From Bacillales bacterium UBA1737 (GTDB taxonomy: Bacteria; Bacillota_I; Bacilli_A; ML615J-28; CAG-313), in assembly GCA_002315915.1 (NCBI GenBank), contig DCIB01000022.1, positions 13,851-77,850 of the forward strand: a DNA stretch of 64,000 bases, in the 5' to 3' direction. The notes under the pieces were generated by a model. That model saw only the letters and a program-made list of their open reading frames with translations, searched no databases and was not told the DNA's origin. Position 1 is the stretch's first letter, and each line of letters starts with the position of its first letter. Positions 29,803-40,247 of this stretch are shown here, one piece after another. The translations under genes and the position numbers were made by a program.

Positions 29803-29831
29803 TTGTGATTTAATTAAAAAAAGTGTAATAT
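29803..29831 (+). promoter_or_regulatory. Promoter of the infC-rpmI-rplT operon
   Basis: TTGTGA (29803-29808), 17 nt, TAATAT (29826-29831). Confidence 0.45.
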
Positions 29832-29837
29832 ATAAGA

Positions 29838-29968
29838 GAATTAAATAGTATTTATGAAAAGTAGAAGTCCCACTTCTCACCTGATTAGATTTATCTTTTG
29901 GGTTAAGAGTCATTAATTTAATAATAATGGAACAATAGTGGGCATTTTATGCTCACTTTTCTTTTTCT
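29838..29968 (+). promoter_or_regulatory. L20-type ribosomal-protein leader with intrinsic terminator (attenuator)
   Basis: Structured 5' UTR (GTAGAAGT-CCC-ACTTCTCAC hairpin) ending in terminator AGTGGGCAT-TTT-ATGCTCACT plus TTTCTTTTTCT (29937-29968), just upstream of infC. This is the position where L20-dependent attenuation operates in Bacillus. Consensus match not verified. Confidence 0.5.
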
Positions 29969-30016
29969 AAATGCTTTTAAATTCACCTTGAAATTTTTGG
30001 AGGAAACAAGTATTTA

Positions 30017-30544
30017 ATGGACAAAAAAGTCGAAAACTTGATCAATGAACAAATCAAAGCTAAATTTGTATTAGTAATTGATGAAAACAAACAACAATTA
30101 GGTAAAATGGATATTGATGAAGCTCTAAGTATCGCATATGACAAAGAGTTAGATTTAGTATGTGTAGCTCCTGATGCTGAAGTACCTGTATGTAAATTAA
30201 TGGATTATAAGAAATTCCGTTATGATCAACAAAAGAAAGCAAAAGAAGCTAAGAAAAACCAAAAAGTTGTTGAAATTAAAGAAATCCGTTTAAGTCCTAC
30301 TATTGATGTAGGTGATTTTGAAACTAAAGCAAAAGCTGCTTTAAAGTTCTTAACAGCTGGTGATAAATGTAAAATTAGCTGCCGTTTTAGAGGAAGAATG
30401 ATTGAACAAGCAGAAAATACAAAAGGATTATTCTTTAAATTTGTAGATCGATTAGGAGAAATTGCTCAAATAGATCAACAACCTATACTTGATGGACGTA
30501 ACATGTCAATGATGATTAGTCCAAAAGTTCAAAAGAAAAAATAG
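30017..30544 (+). CDS. infC: Translation initiation factor IF-3
   Basis: INEQIKAKFVLVIDENKQQLG...EIKEIRLSPTIDVGDFETK; ATG start 12 nt after GGAGGA. Confidence 0.92.
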   Translation: MDKKVENLINEQIKAKFVLVIDENKQQLGKMDIDEALSIAYDKELDLVCVAPDAEVPVCKLMDYKKFRYDQQKKAKEAKKNQKVVEIKEIRLSPTIDVGDFETKAKAALKFLTAGDKCKISCRFRGRMIEQAENTKGLFFKFVDRLGEIAQIDQQPILDGRNMSMMISPKVQKKK

Positions 30545-30563
30545 CATTTAGGAGGAAGTAATA

Positions 30564-30764
30564 ATGCCAAAAATGAGAACACATGCTGGAACAAAGAAAC
30601 GTTTTAAAGTTACTGCATCTGGCAAAATTAAACGTTCTACTGCTGGAAATCAACATCTAGCACCAGGAAAAACAACTAAACAAGTTAGACACAAGAGAAA
30701 GAGCTCTTTAGTAACAAGAGTTGACGCAAGAAGAATTCGTCAACAATTAGATCAATTAAAGTAG
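30564..30764 (+). CDS. rpmI: 50S ribosomal protein L35
   Basis: [24 protein letters not shown]. Confidence 0.95.
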   Translation: MPKMRTHAGTKKRFKVTASGKIKRSTAGNQHLAPGKTTKQVRHKRKSSLVTRVDARRIRQQLDQLK

Positions 30765-30780
30765 GAAGGAGAGAGTAGTT

Positions 30781-31137
30781 ATGCCACGTACAAAAGGCGG
30801 CGTTGTCGCAAGAAGAAGAAGAAATCGTGTTTTAAGAGAAGCAAAAGGTTATTGGGGATCTAAACATTTACTATTCAAGGTTGCTAACCAACAAGTAATG
30901 AAATCTCGTCAATACGCATTCCGTGATCGTAAAGTTAATAAACGTAACTTCCGTAAATTATGGATTGTAAGAATTAATGCAGCAGCTCATATGCATGATA
31001 TGAACTATTCTGTATTAATGCATGGTTTAAAACTTGCTAATATTGATATTAACCGTAAGATGCTTGCAGATTTAGCTGTAAACGATATTGCAACATTTAA
31101 TGCATTATGTGATGCAGCTAAAAAAGCTTTAAAATAG
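30781..31137 (+). CDS. rplT: 50S ribosomal protein L20
   Basis: [26 protein letters not shown]. Confidence 0.95.
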   Translation: MPRTKGGVVARRRRNRVLREAKGYWGSKHLLFKVANQQVMKSRQYAFRDRKVNKRNFRKLWIVRINAAAHMHDMNYSVLMHGLKLANIDINRKMLADLAVNDIATFNALCDAAKKALK

Positions 31138-31146
31138 TATTTTAAA

Positions 31147-31184
31147 AAAAGATGTTTAACATATGTTAAACATCTTTTTGTTTA
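31147..31184 (+). terminator. Intrinsic terminator after rplT
   Basis: AAAAGATGTTTAAC-ATAT-GTTAAACATCTTTT followed by TGTTT. Confidence 0.75.
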
Positions 31185-31242
31185 ATTATTATAATAAATA
31201 TACAAATATGCTATAATAAATAACATATAAAGGAGAAAATAT

Positions 31243-32340
31243 ATGTATACTAAATTAAAAGATTGTCTTTTATTTCCTAAACGTATAGCAAACTATATTG
31301 GAGAAAAAAAATGGAAAACTTGGGGATTCTTTTTATTCCTGACTTTACTTACTTTTATTCCATATTTAATAATATGTCTTACAACTATTAGCATTCCTTC
31401 AACTATTACTGAAAATATTATTGATAGTTTTGAACAAAAGACTATCAATTATTCCATATCTGATGGTGAATTACATACAACAATGAGTTCCCCACAAACA
31501 CAATACGTAGAATCTACTATTGATTTAGAAGGCACTACAATACCAGTAGTATTTATATTTTCAATGGAAGAATCTAATTCTAATATAATTAATTCATTAA
31601 CTGCAGAAGATGGATATGTTTATGCAGTAATATTTAATCAAAACAAAATATCTTTAGGTATGGGTATTAAAGATACTTCTTTAGATCCATCTCAAGTTGA
31701 TCAAGCAACAAGTATTATTAAGTTATCTAATAATGTACAAGAAGGTATTCTTGTATCTTTTATGGATTTAGATTATTCTGATTTTGATAATGTAAACATT
31801 AATTTTGCTGATATAGCAACTAATTCTGTATTATTTGAGCAAACATTTAATTTATTATTTGAAAAAATGTTTAATAGCATAAAAATGAATTTATTACCAT
31901 ATTTAATAATTATATTCTTAATAAGTTCTGCTTTAGATATTGCATTTTCTTGCTTATTTATTGCTATTCTATTAAAGTTATTCTTTAGATTAGGCAATTT
32001 AAAATTTAAAACATTTTATCAAACTGCAGTATTATGTTCTTTACCATATGTATTAATTAATTGTGTAAGTGTACTTACATCTTGGGATTTCTTATCACTG
32101 TTATCTGATTTGATAATAGTATTATATACATTTAAATCTTTAACAGCTTATGTAATGTTAGGCGGAGATTCTAATAATAAAAATGTTAGTCCTGAAGTAA
32201 GAATTATGCCAGGAGTATATGTTCATAAAGAAGAAACTAATGAAGATGTAAAAAATAATAATGATAACGAACATAATGATGAAAAACGTTATTATGATCA
32301 AGAAGAAAGTAAAGGAGATGATGATTCTAATGAATTATAA
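31243..32340 (+). CDS. DUF1189-like polytopic membrane protein with acidic C-terminal tail
   Basis: The N-terminus [35 protein letters not shown] resembles DUF1189 (MalA-like) proteins. The tail is D/E/N-rich. Confidence 0.45.
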   Translation: MYTKLKDCLLFPKRIANYIGEKKWKTWGFFLFLTLLTFIPYLIICLTTISIPSTITENIIDSFEQKTINYSISDGELHTTMSSPQTQYVESTIDLEGTTIPVVFIFSMEESNSNIINSLTAEDGYVYAVIFNQNKISLGMGIKDTSLDPSQVDQATSIIKLSNNVQEGILVSFMDLDYSDFDNVNINFADIATNSVLFEQTFNLLFEKMFNSIKMNLLPYLIIIFLISSALDIAFSCLFIAILLKLFFRLGNLKFKTFYQTAVLCSLPYVLINCVSVLTSWDFLSLLSDLIIVLYTFKSLTAYVMLGGDSNNKNVSPEVRIMPGVYVHKEETNEDVKNNNDNEHNDEKRYYDQEESKGDDDSNEL

Positions 32341-34741
32341 TCATCAAGAAATAGAAAAAAAGTGGCAAAAATATTGGGATGATAATAAAACTTTTAAAAC
32401 CCCAATTGTATCTAACAAACCCAAATTTTATTGTTTGGATATGTTCCCATATCCTTCTGGAGCAGGATTACATGTAGGACATCCAGAAGGATATACTGCA
32501 ACTGATATTGTAAGTAGAATGAAAAGAATGCAAGGGTTTAATGTAATGCATCCAATGGGATGGGATGCTTTTGGTCTTCCAGCAGAACAATATGCTATAA
32601 ATACAGGACATCATCCTTCTGAATTTACATATCGTAATATTGAAACATTTAAGCGTCAAATTAAAATGCTAGGATTATCATATGATTGGGATAGAGAAAT
32701 TGCAACATGTGATTCAGATTATTATAAATGGACTCAATGGATATTTTGCCAATTATATAATAAAGGATTAGCTGAATTGAAAGAAATTGAAGTTAACTGG
32801 TGCGAAGGACTTGGAACTGTTCTTGCTAATGAAGAAATTTTAAATATAGATGGTAAGATGGTTTCTGAACGTGGTAGTTTTCCTGTTGAAAAACGTCCAA
32901 TGAAACAATGGGTTTTAAAGATTACTAAATATGCGGAAAGATTATTAGAAGATTTAGATACTCTTGATTGGCCTGAATCAATTAAAGAAATGCAACGTAA
33001 CTGGATTGGTAAATCTGTTGGTGCATTAGTTGATTTTAAAGTAGCAAATACAGATAAGAAATTTACTGTTTTTACAACTCGTTGTGATACTTTATTTGGA
33101 GCAACATATTGTATTCTTGCACCTGAACATCCTTTAGTTAAAGAAATTACTACAAATGATTGTTTAAAAGATGTAGAAAACTATATTAATTACGCTAAAG
33201 CTAAATCTGATTTAGATCGTACTGAATTAAACAAAGAAAAAACAGGTTGCTTTACAGGTAGTTATGCAATTAATCCTATCACTGGAAAAGAAATACCTAT
33301 TTGGATAGCTGATTATGTACTTAATTCTTATGGTACAGGTGCTATAATGGCTGTTCCTGCACATGATACTAGAGATTATGATTTTGCTAAAAAATATAAT
33401 TTAGAAATTATTCAAGTTTTAGAAGGCGGAGATATTTCTAAAGAAGCTTGGACTGAAGATGGCATTCATATTAATTCTGGTTTCTTAAATGGTATGAATA
33501 AAGAAGATGCAATAGCTACCATGGGTAAATACTTACTTGATAATAATATTGGTAAATTATCTGTTAATTATCGTTTAAGAGATTGGATTTTCTCTCGTCA
33601 AAGATATTGGGGTGAACCATTCCCTATAATTCATTGGGATGATAATACTGTATCTTTAGTTGATGAATTACCATTAGAACTTCCTCCTATGGAAAATATG
33701 AAATTATCTGGTACTGGCGAAAGTCCTTTAGCAAATGCAACAGAATGGTTAAATGTAACAAGAAGTGATGGTGTTCATGGTAGACGTGAAACAAATACTA
33801 TGCCTCAATGGGCTGGATCTTGTTGGTATTATATAGGTTATTTGTTAAAAGAAGATGGTAAGCTTCGTGATTTGTCTGATAAGAAAGTTCAAGAAGAAAT
33901 AAATAAATGGTTACCAGTTGATTTATATATCGGTGGAGCTGAACATGCAGTATTACATTTACTATATGCAAGATTCTGGCATAAAGTATTATATGATTGT
34001 GGAGTAGTAACAACTAAAGAACCTTTTCAAAAATTATTTAATCAAGGATTAATATTAGGAGAAAACGGTGTTAAAATGAGTAAATCATTAGGAAACGTTG
34101 TTAATCCAGATCCTGTTGTAAATGATTATGGAGCAGATACTTTAAGAATGTATGAAATGTTTATGGGTCCACTTGACGCAATGAAACCATGGTCTACTAC
34201 ATCTTTGGAAGGTTCTCGTAAATTTATTGAAAGAGCATTCCGTTTAGTAACTGAAGTTGCTGTAATTGATGATAATGATAAAACATTAGATAAAGTATAT
34301 CATCAAACTGTAAAAAAGATTACTGATGATTTTGAAATATTACATTTTAATACAGGTATAGCTCAGTTAATGATATTTACTAACGAAGCATATAAACATC
34401 CAACAATGCCAAAAGAATATTTAGAAGGTTATGTAAAATTATTATATCCAGTTATTCCTCATGTAGGTGAAGAATTATGGAAATTCTTAGGTCATGATAA
34501 ATCAATTTGTTATGAACCTTGGCCTACATTTAATGAAGAATCAATAGTTAATGAAACTGTTACAATAGTTGTTCAAATAAATGGTAAAATTAGAGATAAA
34601 ATTAATGCTCCAACAAACCTAACAAAAGAAGAATTAGAAAATCTTGCTTTATCAAGTGATAAAGTTAAAGCTAATTTAAATGGTCAAACACCTAAGAAAA
34701 TTATTGTAATTCCAAATAAATTAGTTAGTATTGTTATCTAA
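32330..34741 (+). CDS. leuS: Leucyl-tRNA synthetase
   Basis: [24 protein letters not shown] (HIGH) and KMSKSLGN (KMSKS). The start at 32330 overlaps the upstream stop by 11 nt. The track's extension lies inside the upstream gene. Confidence 0.95.
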   Translation: MNYNHQEIEKKWQKYWDDNKTFKTPIVSNKPKFYCLDMFPYPSGAGLHVGHPEGYTATDIVSRMKRMQGFNVMHPMGWDAFGLPAEQYAINTGHHPSEFTYRNIETFKRQIKMLGLSYDWDREIATCDSDYYKWTQWIFCQLYNKGLAELKEIEVNWCEGLGTVLANEEILNIDGKMVSERGSFPVEKRPMKQWVLKITKYAERLLEDLDTLDWPESIKEMQRNWIGKSVGALVDFKVANTDKKFTVFTTRCDTLFGATYCILAPEHPLVKEITTNDCLKDVENYINYAKAKSDLDRTELNKEKTGCFTGSYAINPITGKEIPIWIADYVLNSYGTGAIMAVPAHDTRDYDFAKKYNLEIIQVLEGGDISKEAWTEDGIHINSGFLNGMNKEDAIATMGKYLLDNNIGKLSVNYRLRDWIFSRQRYWGEPFPIIHWDDNTVSLVDELPLELPPMENMKLSGTGESPLANATEWLNVTRSDGVHGRRETNTMPQWAGSCWYYIGYLLKEDGKLRDLSDKKVQEEINKWLPVDLYIGGAEHAVLHLLYARFWHKVLYDCGVVTTKEPFQKLFNQGLILGENGVKMSKSLGNVVNPDPVVNDYGADTLRMYEMFMGPLDAMKPWSTTSLEGSRKFIERAFRLVTEVAVIDDNDKTLDKVYHQTVKKITDDFEILHFNTGIAQLMIFTNEAYKHPTMPKEYLEGYVKLLYPVIPHVGEELWKFLGHDKSICYEPWPTFNEESIVNETVTIVVQINGKIRDKINAPTNLTKEELENLALSSDKVKANLNGQTPKKIIVIPNKLVSIVI

Positions 34742-34746
34742 AATTA

Positions 34747-34781
34747 AATAGATTCAAGATTATATCTTGAATCTATTTTTT
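34747..34781 (+). terminator. Intrinsic terminator after leuS
   Basis: AATAGATTCAAGAT-TAT-ATCTTGAATCTATT followed by TTTTC. Confidence 0.75.
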
Positions 34782-34878
34782 CACAAAAGTAATTTAATTA
34801 TATATATTGAATTATATAAATGATATGAAATATATTAATTTAATTTCTTTATATAGAAGAATATTTAGGGTAGAGACT

Positions 34879-35097
34879 ATGTGTAATATTGAAGCATCTA
34901 TAATACCTATTGGTAGAAATAGTATAACGCTATTTAAAGTAAAATCTAAAGATGAATTACTTTTTAATGATATCGTTTCAAATCTTTTTAAAAAAGATTT
35001 AATTGATTATTGGTTTAAAAATGAAATTGAAATGTATAAGTATTTTGACTACATAAATGATGAAATAATCGATAAACAAATTATATTAATTTATTAA
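34879..35097 (+). CDS. Small hypothetical protein (start uncertain; track ORF begins at TTG 34807)
   Basis: The only ORF in this gap. No recognisable motifs and a weak RBS. Confidence 0.3.
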   Translation: MCNIEASIIPIGRNSITLFKVKSKDELLFNDIVSNLFKKDLIDYWFKNEIEMYKYFDYINDEIIDKQIILIY

Positions 35098-35181
35098 AAA
35101 ATTAAATATTATATTTACAAAAAAATCTTTAATGCTAAAATATAAGTGTAAGAATTATCTTACAAAGAAAGGATTATAATT

Positions 35182-35724
35182 ATGAAATTAGTACTAAGAA
35201 CTCAAGGAGTAGTAAAGGTTAGTGATAATGTAAAGGAACACATTAATTTACAAATGGAATCACTTGATAAATTATTTACAGGAAAAGAAAATGTTACTTT
35301 AAATGTCTTATGTATTGAAAAAAATCATCATTATAAAACTGAATTAACTATCTCTTTAAAACAAATAGTTTTACGTAGTGAATGCAATGGAGATACTTTA
35401 TATGCTTCGATTGATCAAGCATTCGATAAAATAGAACAACAATTAATAAAATATAAAAGAAAATTAAATGATTTAATTAAAAAACGTGAAGGTGTTTCTG
35501 AATATTTTGTAAATCAAACATTACCTGAACCATCACCAATTAATGAACAATTAGTCAGAATTAAAAAAGTAGATTTATCAGAAATATCTGTTGATGAAGC
35601 AATAACTCAAATGGAACTTGTAGATCATGATTTCTTTATGTTTAAAAATGAAGAGACCCATGATGTAGCTGTTGTATATAAGCGAGCAACAGGTGGATAT
35701 GGACTTCTTGAAGTAAATAAATAA
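35182..35724 (+). CDS. hpf: Ribosome hibernation promoting factor (long form)
   Basis: 180-aa long HPF with the C-terminal dimerisation domain (DHDFFMFKNEETHDVAVVYKRATGGYGLLE); lies upstream of secA as in Bacillus. Confidence 0.9.
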   Translation: MKLVLRTQGVVKVSDNVKEHINLQMESLDKLFTGKENVTLNVLCIEKNHHYKTELTISLKQIVLRSECNGDTLYASIDQAFDKIEQQLIKYKRKLNDLIKKREGVSEYFVNQTLPEPSPINEQLVRIKKVDLSEISVDEAITQMELVDHDFFMFKNEETHDVAVVYKRATGGYGLLEVNK

Positions 35725-35730
35725 TATTTA

Positions 35731-35759
35731 AAAGCACAATTATTATAATTGTGCTTTTT
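35731..35759 (+). terminator. Intrinsic terminator after hpf
   Basis: GCACAATTA-TTA-TAATTGTGC flanked by AAA and TTTTT. Confidence 0.7.
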
Positions 35760-35810
35760 ACATTATTTATCCGAATAATAATTTATCTAAAATATGATAA
35801 AATAAATATT

Positions 35811-36434
35811 ATGAATAATATAGAATTTAATGAGTTATTAAAAGAATTAAAAAAATCAAACACTAAGAAATCATTATTATTACATTCATGTTGTGGACCT
35901 TGTAGTAGTAGTGTATTAGAAAAATTATTACCATATTTTGATATTACAATATTTTATTATAATCCAAATATCACTCCACATGATGAGTTTCTAAAAAGAG
36001 TTAAATATCAAGAAAAAATAATCAGTTGTATATCGAAAGATATAAAAATAGTAGTTATAGATGAATCACATGATGTATATTTACAAGCTGTTAAAGATTA
36101 TACTAATCTTGGTGAAGGTAGTATGCGTTGTTATAAATGTTATGAATTCAGATTAAAGCTTGCAGCTATTTATGCATCAAATAATCATTTTGATTATTAT
36201 TCATCAGTTATGAGCGTATCACCATATAAAAATAGTGATTGGATTAATGAACTTGGTAATAAATATGCATTAGATACACCTTTCTTATATTCAAATTTTA
36301 AAAAAGAAAATGGATATCAAAGAAGTATAGAATTATCAAAAAAATTTGACTTGTATAGACAAGATTATTGTGGGTGTGAATTTTCAAAAAAAGAGCATGA
36401 GACTCGTATTTGTTCAAAACAAACTTTATCTTGA
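35811..36434 (+). CDS. queH: Epoxyqueuosine reductase QueH (DUF208)
   Basis: LLLHSCCGPCSS and DYCGCEFS Cys motifs. ATG 35811 is chosen because the track's GTG start lies inside the hpf terminator. The gene ends in TGA, with TAA 8 sense codons later. Confidence 0.8.
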   Translation: MNNIEFNELLKELKKSNTKKSLLLHSCCGPCSSSVLEKLLPYFDITIFYYNPNITPHDEFLKRVKYQEKIISCISKDIKIVVIDESHDVYLQAVKDYTNLGEGSMRCYKCYEFRLKLAAIYASNNHFDYYSSVMSVSPYKNSDWINELGNKYALDTPFLYSNFKKENGYQRSIELSKKFDLYRQDYCGCEFSKKEHETRICSKQTLS

Positions 36435-36484
36435 AAAAACGACTTCATTATGATATTATAAATAAAAATAGGAGAACACAATTT

Positions 36485-39154
36485 ATGGCTGGATTATTAA
36501 AAAAATTAATTGACCCTTCATATAAAGAACTATCAAAATGTAAAAAAATAGCTGAAGCTGTTTGTTTACTTGATGAAAAATATAGTGCTCTAAGTGATGA
36601 TGAATTAAAAAACCAAACTAATATATTTAAGTCCCGTTTAAATAATGGTGAAACTTTAGATGATATAATGATTGAAGCTTTTGCGGTTGCAAGAGAAGCT
36701 GCATATCGTGTACTAGGCTTAAAAGCATTTAAGGTTCAAGTAATGGGTGCTGCCGCAATGCATTTAGGCAATATTGCTGAAATGAAAACAGGTGAAGGTA
36801 AAACTTTAACATCTGTTTTAGTTGCTTATCTTAATGCATTAACTGGAAAAGGTGTTCATATAGTTACAGTTAATGAATATTTAGCAACACGTGATGCAAC
36901 AGAAATGGGTGAAGTTCATAAATTCTTAGGATTAACAGTTGGATTAAACTTAAGAGAATATAATTCTGAACAAAAACGTGCACAATATGCATGTGATATT
37001 ACATATTCAACTAATAATGAATTAGGATTTGATTACTTAAGAGACCATATGGTTGTTTATAAAGAAGAAATGGTTCAAAGACCATATTTAAATTTTGCTA
37101 TTGTCGATGAGGTAGACTCTATTTTAATTGATGAAGCAAGAACTCCATTAATTATTTCTGGTGGAGCAAAAGATGGACCAAATCTATATGCACAAGCCAA
37201 TTCATTTGTTAAAAGATTAGTTGAAGATACTGATTATGAAGTAGATGTTAAGGATCGTCATGTTACACTTACTCCATCTGGTATGGAAAAAGCAGAACAA
37301 TATTTTAACTTAGAAAATTTATACGATATCAAAAACGTTGAGTTACTTCATAGAATTAATAATGCTTTACGCGCTAATTATATAATGAAACGTGAAGTAG
37401 ACTATGTAGTAAATGATGGTCAAATATTAATAGTTGATTCATTTACTGGTCGAGTTCTTCCTGGACGTCAATGGAGTGAAGGATTACATCAAGCTATTGA
37501 AGCAAAAGAAGGAGTTGAAATTAAAAAAGAAACAAGAACTCTTGCTACAATAACATTCCAAAATTATTTTAGAATGTATTCAAAACTTGCTGGTATGACT
37601 GGTACTGCTAAAACTGAAGAAGAAGAATTTAGAGATATTTATAACATGTTAGTAGTAGAAATACCTACTAATTTACCAGTAATTAGAATTGATGATACTG
37701 ATTTAATATATTTTAGTGAAAAAGCAAAATATGCTGCATTAGCACAAGATATTAAAGAACGTCATTTAAAAGGTCAACCTATCTTAGTTGGTACTATTTC
37801 TATTGAATCAAGTGAATTATTATCAAGCTATTTAAAGAAACTTGGCATTCCACATAATGTATTAAATGCTAAACAACATGCTAAAGAAGCTGATATTGTT
37901 TTACATGCAGGTGAAAAAGGTGCTGTTACTATTGCAACAAACATGGCTGGTCGTGGTACTGATATTAAACTAGGTGAAGGTGTAAAAGAATTAGGCGGAC
38001 TTGCAGTATTAGGAACTGAACGTCATGAATCACGACGTATTGATAACCAATTACGTGGACGTAGTGGACGTCAAGGTGATCCAGGTTATAGTAGATTCTA
38101 TCTATGTACTAAAGATGAATTATTAATTAGATTTGGCGGAGATAGACTTGAAAGAATGTTAATGATGGCAACATCTTTACAAAATGATGGGGAAATGGCT
38201 CCTATTTCATATAAAGGATTTTCAACAGTAGTTGAATCTGCCCAAAAGAAAATAGAAGGTCAAAACTATGACAGACGTAAAAGTGTTGTTGAATATGATG
38301 AAGTATTAAGAAAACAAAGAGAAGTTATATATTCTCAAAGAAATGATATCCTATTTAATGATTCTATAGAACCAACAATTCTTAGGATGATTAATTCAGT
38401 ATCAGAAAGACAAATTCCACAATTTTCATCTGAAGATAATCCTGAATTAATTGATTCAGTTAGATTTATGAAAGAATTCGTTGTAAATTTCTTTGATCAA
38501 GGTTATTTACAAGCTAAATGTCCTAAATGTGGAAAAATAATGCGTGTACATGAAGGAATACCTACTAGATGTAATAATCCTGAATGTTTAACTCAATTTA
38601 CAGTTGTAAGAAATATTTCTGATGATGTAAGAAAATCTTCTGTTGCAAATATCAATATGTCTGATATAGAAAATAAATCTGTAGTAGATGTTATTGAATA
38701 TGTTAAAGAAATATTTAATAAAAATTTAAATATTAAAAAAAGTGATGCCGCAAATGATGTATATCAAGAATTTTTAAAAAGAAATTTATTAAGAATTGTT
38801 GATAAGCATTGGATGGAACACTTAGATCAAATGAGTACTTTACGCCAATCAGTAAGACTTCAATCATATGGACAAATTAATCCACTTCGTCAATATCAAT
38901 CTGTTGGATTTGATATGTTTGAAGAAATGATTTGTTCTATTGAAAATGAGACTGTTGCAGCAATAAACTGTTCTTATATTCCATCACAAATGGGTGAACG
39001 TGAAAAAATAGCTAAAAACTTAATTGCATCAGGTGGCTCTGCGGATGAACCAAAGAAAAAAACTGTAGTAAATACTAATAAAAAAATTGGACCAAATGAT
39101 CCTTGTCCATGTGGATCTGGAAAAAAATATAAGTTTTGTTGTGGTAAAAAATAA
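36485..39154 (+). CDS. secA: Preprotein translocase ATPase SecA (with internal zinc-ribbon insertion)
   Basis: MKTGEGKTL, DEVDSILIDEARTPLIISG, TNMAGRGTDI, and the C-terminal zinc finger CPCGSGKKYKFCCG. ATG 36485 follows AGGAG. Confidence 0.97.
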   Translation: MAGLLKKLIDPSYKELSKCKKIAEAVCLLDEKYSALSDDELKNQTNIFKSRLNNGETLDDIMIEAFAVAREAAYRVLGLKAFKVQVMGAAAMHLGNIAEMKTGEGKTLTSVLVAYLNALTGKGVHIVTVNEYLATRDATEMGEVHKFLGLTVGLNLREYNSEQKRAQYACDITYSTNNELGFDYLRDHMVVYKEEMVQRPYLNFAIVDEVDSILIDEARTPLIISGGAKDGPNLYAQANSFVKRLVEDTDYEVDVKDRHVTLTPSGMEKAEQYFNLENLYDIKNVELLHRINNALRANYIMKREVDYVVNDGQILIVDSFTGRVLPGRQWSEGLHQAIEAKEGVEIKKETRTLATITFQNYFRMYSKLAGMTGTAKTEEEEFRDIYNMLVVEIPTNLPVIRIDDTDLIYFSEKAKYAALAQDIKERHLKGQPILVGTISIESSELLSSYLKKLGIPHNVLNAKQHAKEADIVLHAGEKGAVTIATNMAGRGTDIKLGEGVKELGGLAVLGTERHESRRIDNQLRGRSGRQGDPGYSRFYLCTKDELLIRFGGDRLERMLMMATSLQNDGEMAPISYKGFSTVVESAQKKIEGQNYDRRKSVVEYDEVLRKQREVIYSQRNDILFNDSIEPTILRMINSVSERQIPQFSSEDNPELIDSVRFMKEFVVNFFDQGYLQAKCPKCGKIMRVHEGIPTRCNNPECLTQFTVVRNISDDVRKSSVANINMSDIENKSVVDVIEYVKEIFNKNLNIKKSDAANDVYQEFLKRNLLRIVDKHWMEHLDQMSTLRQSVRLQSYGQINPLRQYQSVGFDMFEEMICSIENETVAAINCSYIPSQMGEREKIAKNLIASGGSADEPKKKTVVNTNKKIGPNDPCPCGSGKKYKFCCGKK

Positions 39155-40242
39155 TGGATAAAGCTGAAATAATTAAATTATTTGATGATTATAAACAAAG
39201 AGTCAATTCATTATCACAAGTTATAAATAAAGAAGAATCATTAAAAAAAATATCTTCCTTAGAAGAAATAATGGGTGAACCAGACTTTTGAACAGATCAA
39301 CGTTCTGCAAAAAAGATTATATCAGAACTTAATTTATTAAAAGACAAAGTAAAAAAATTAGATTGTGTAATAAATCATATTGAAGAGTTTGAATTATTAT
39401 TAGAATTAAATGATGAAGAAATGTTTTCTTCATCAGATAAAGAATTAAATAATTTTGTAAAAGAATTAAATGATTTAGAAACAGAGATGCTTCTAAATGA
39501 TGAATTAGATACAAATAATGCGATAATAACACTTCATCCCGGAAGTGGTGGCACTGAATCTCAGGATTGGGCATTAATGCTTTATAGAATGTATAAACGT
39601 TATGCTGAACGTCATAATTTCAAATTTGAATTAATAGATTATGAAGACGGACAAGAAGCAGGTATTAAAAGTGCTACTTTTACAATTTCAGGTGAATTTG
39701 CATATGGTTTATTAAAATCAGAAAATGGTGTACACCGTTTAGTTAGAATTTCCCCTTTTGATTCAGCTGCAAGGCGTCATACATCATTTTCATCAGTAGT
39801 TGTTATACCTGATGTTAATGAAGAAATAGAAATAGAAATTAAAGATGAAGATATCAGAATTGATACATATCATTCTAGCGGAGCAGGTGGACAACATATT
39901 AATAAGACTGATTCTGCTGTACGACTTACACATATTCCAACAGGAATAGTTGTATGTAGTCAATCACAAAGAAGTCAAATCCAAAATAGAGAAAAAGCAT
40001 TTCAAATATTAAAGGCACGTCTTTATCAACGTGAACTAGATATTCAAGCATCTAAACGTCAAGAATTAGCTGATTCACAGAGTGAAAATGGATGGGGTAG
40101 TCAAATAAGAAGTTATATTTTACATCCTTATTCGATGGTTAAAGATCATAGAACTAATTGTGAATCTTCTAACCCACAATCAATACTTGATGGTGATTTA
40201 GATCAATTTATCGATGAATATTTACATTTTATTAAAAAATAA
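39154..40242 (+). CDS. prfB: Peptide chain release factor 2, single frame interrupted by one in-frame TGA (39289-39291) at the conserved Trp
   Basis: ATG 39154 overlaps the secA stop (TAATG). Frame 0 reads ...[20 protein letters not shown]... and runs on into the track ORF 39421-40242. It carries GGTESQDW, the SPF tripeptide (RISPFDS) and GGQ (SGAGGQH). Total 362 codons including the TGA. Confidence 0.85.
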
Positions 40243-40247
40243 CTAAT

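Noticed and set aside
30005-30019. Non-canonical AUU start for infC
   Set aside because: There is no in-frame ATT/ATA upstream of ATG 30017 within reach of the GGAGGA RBS, so the ATG is retained despite the 12-nt spacing.
39286-39340. Classical +1 programmed frameshift at the prfB TGA
   Set aside because: Skipping T39289 gives [16 protein letters not shown], then TAA at 39338-39340, with no RF2 similarity. The zero frame continues with RF2 homology instead. The codon before TGA is TTT, not the CTT of the CUU-UGA-C site.
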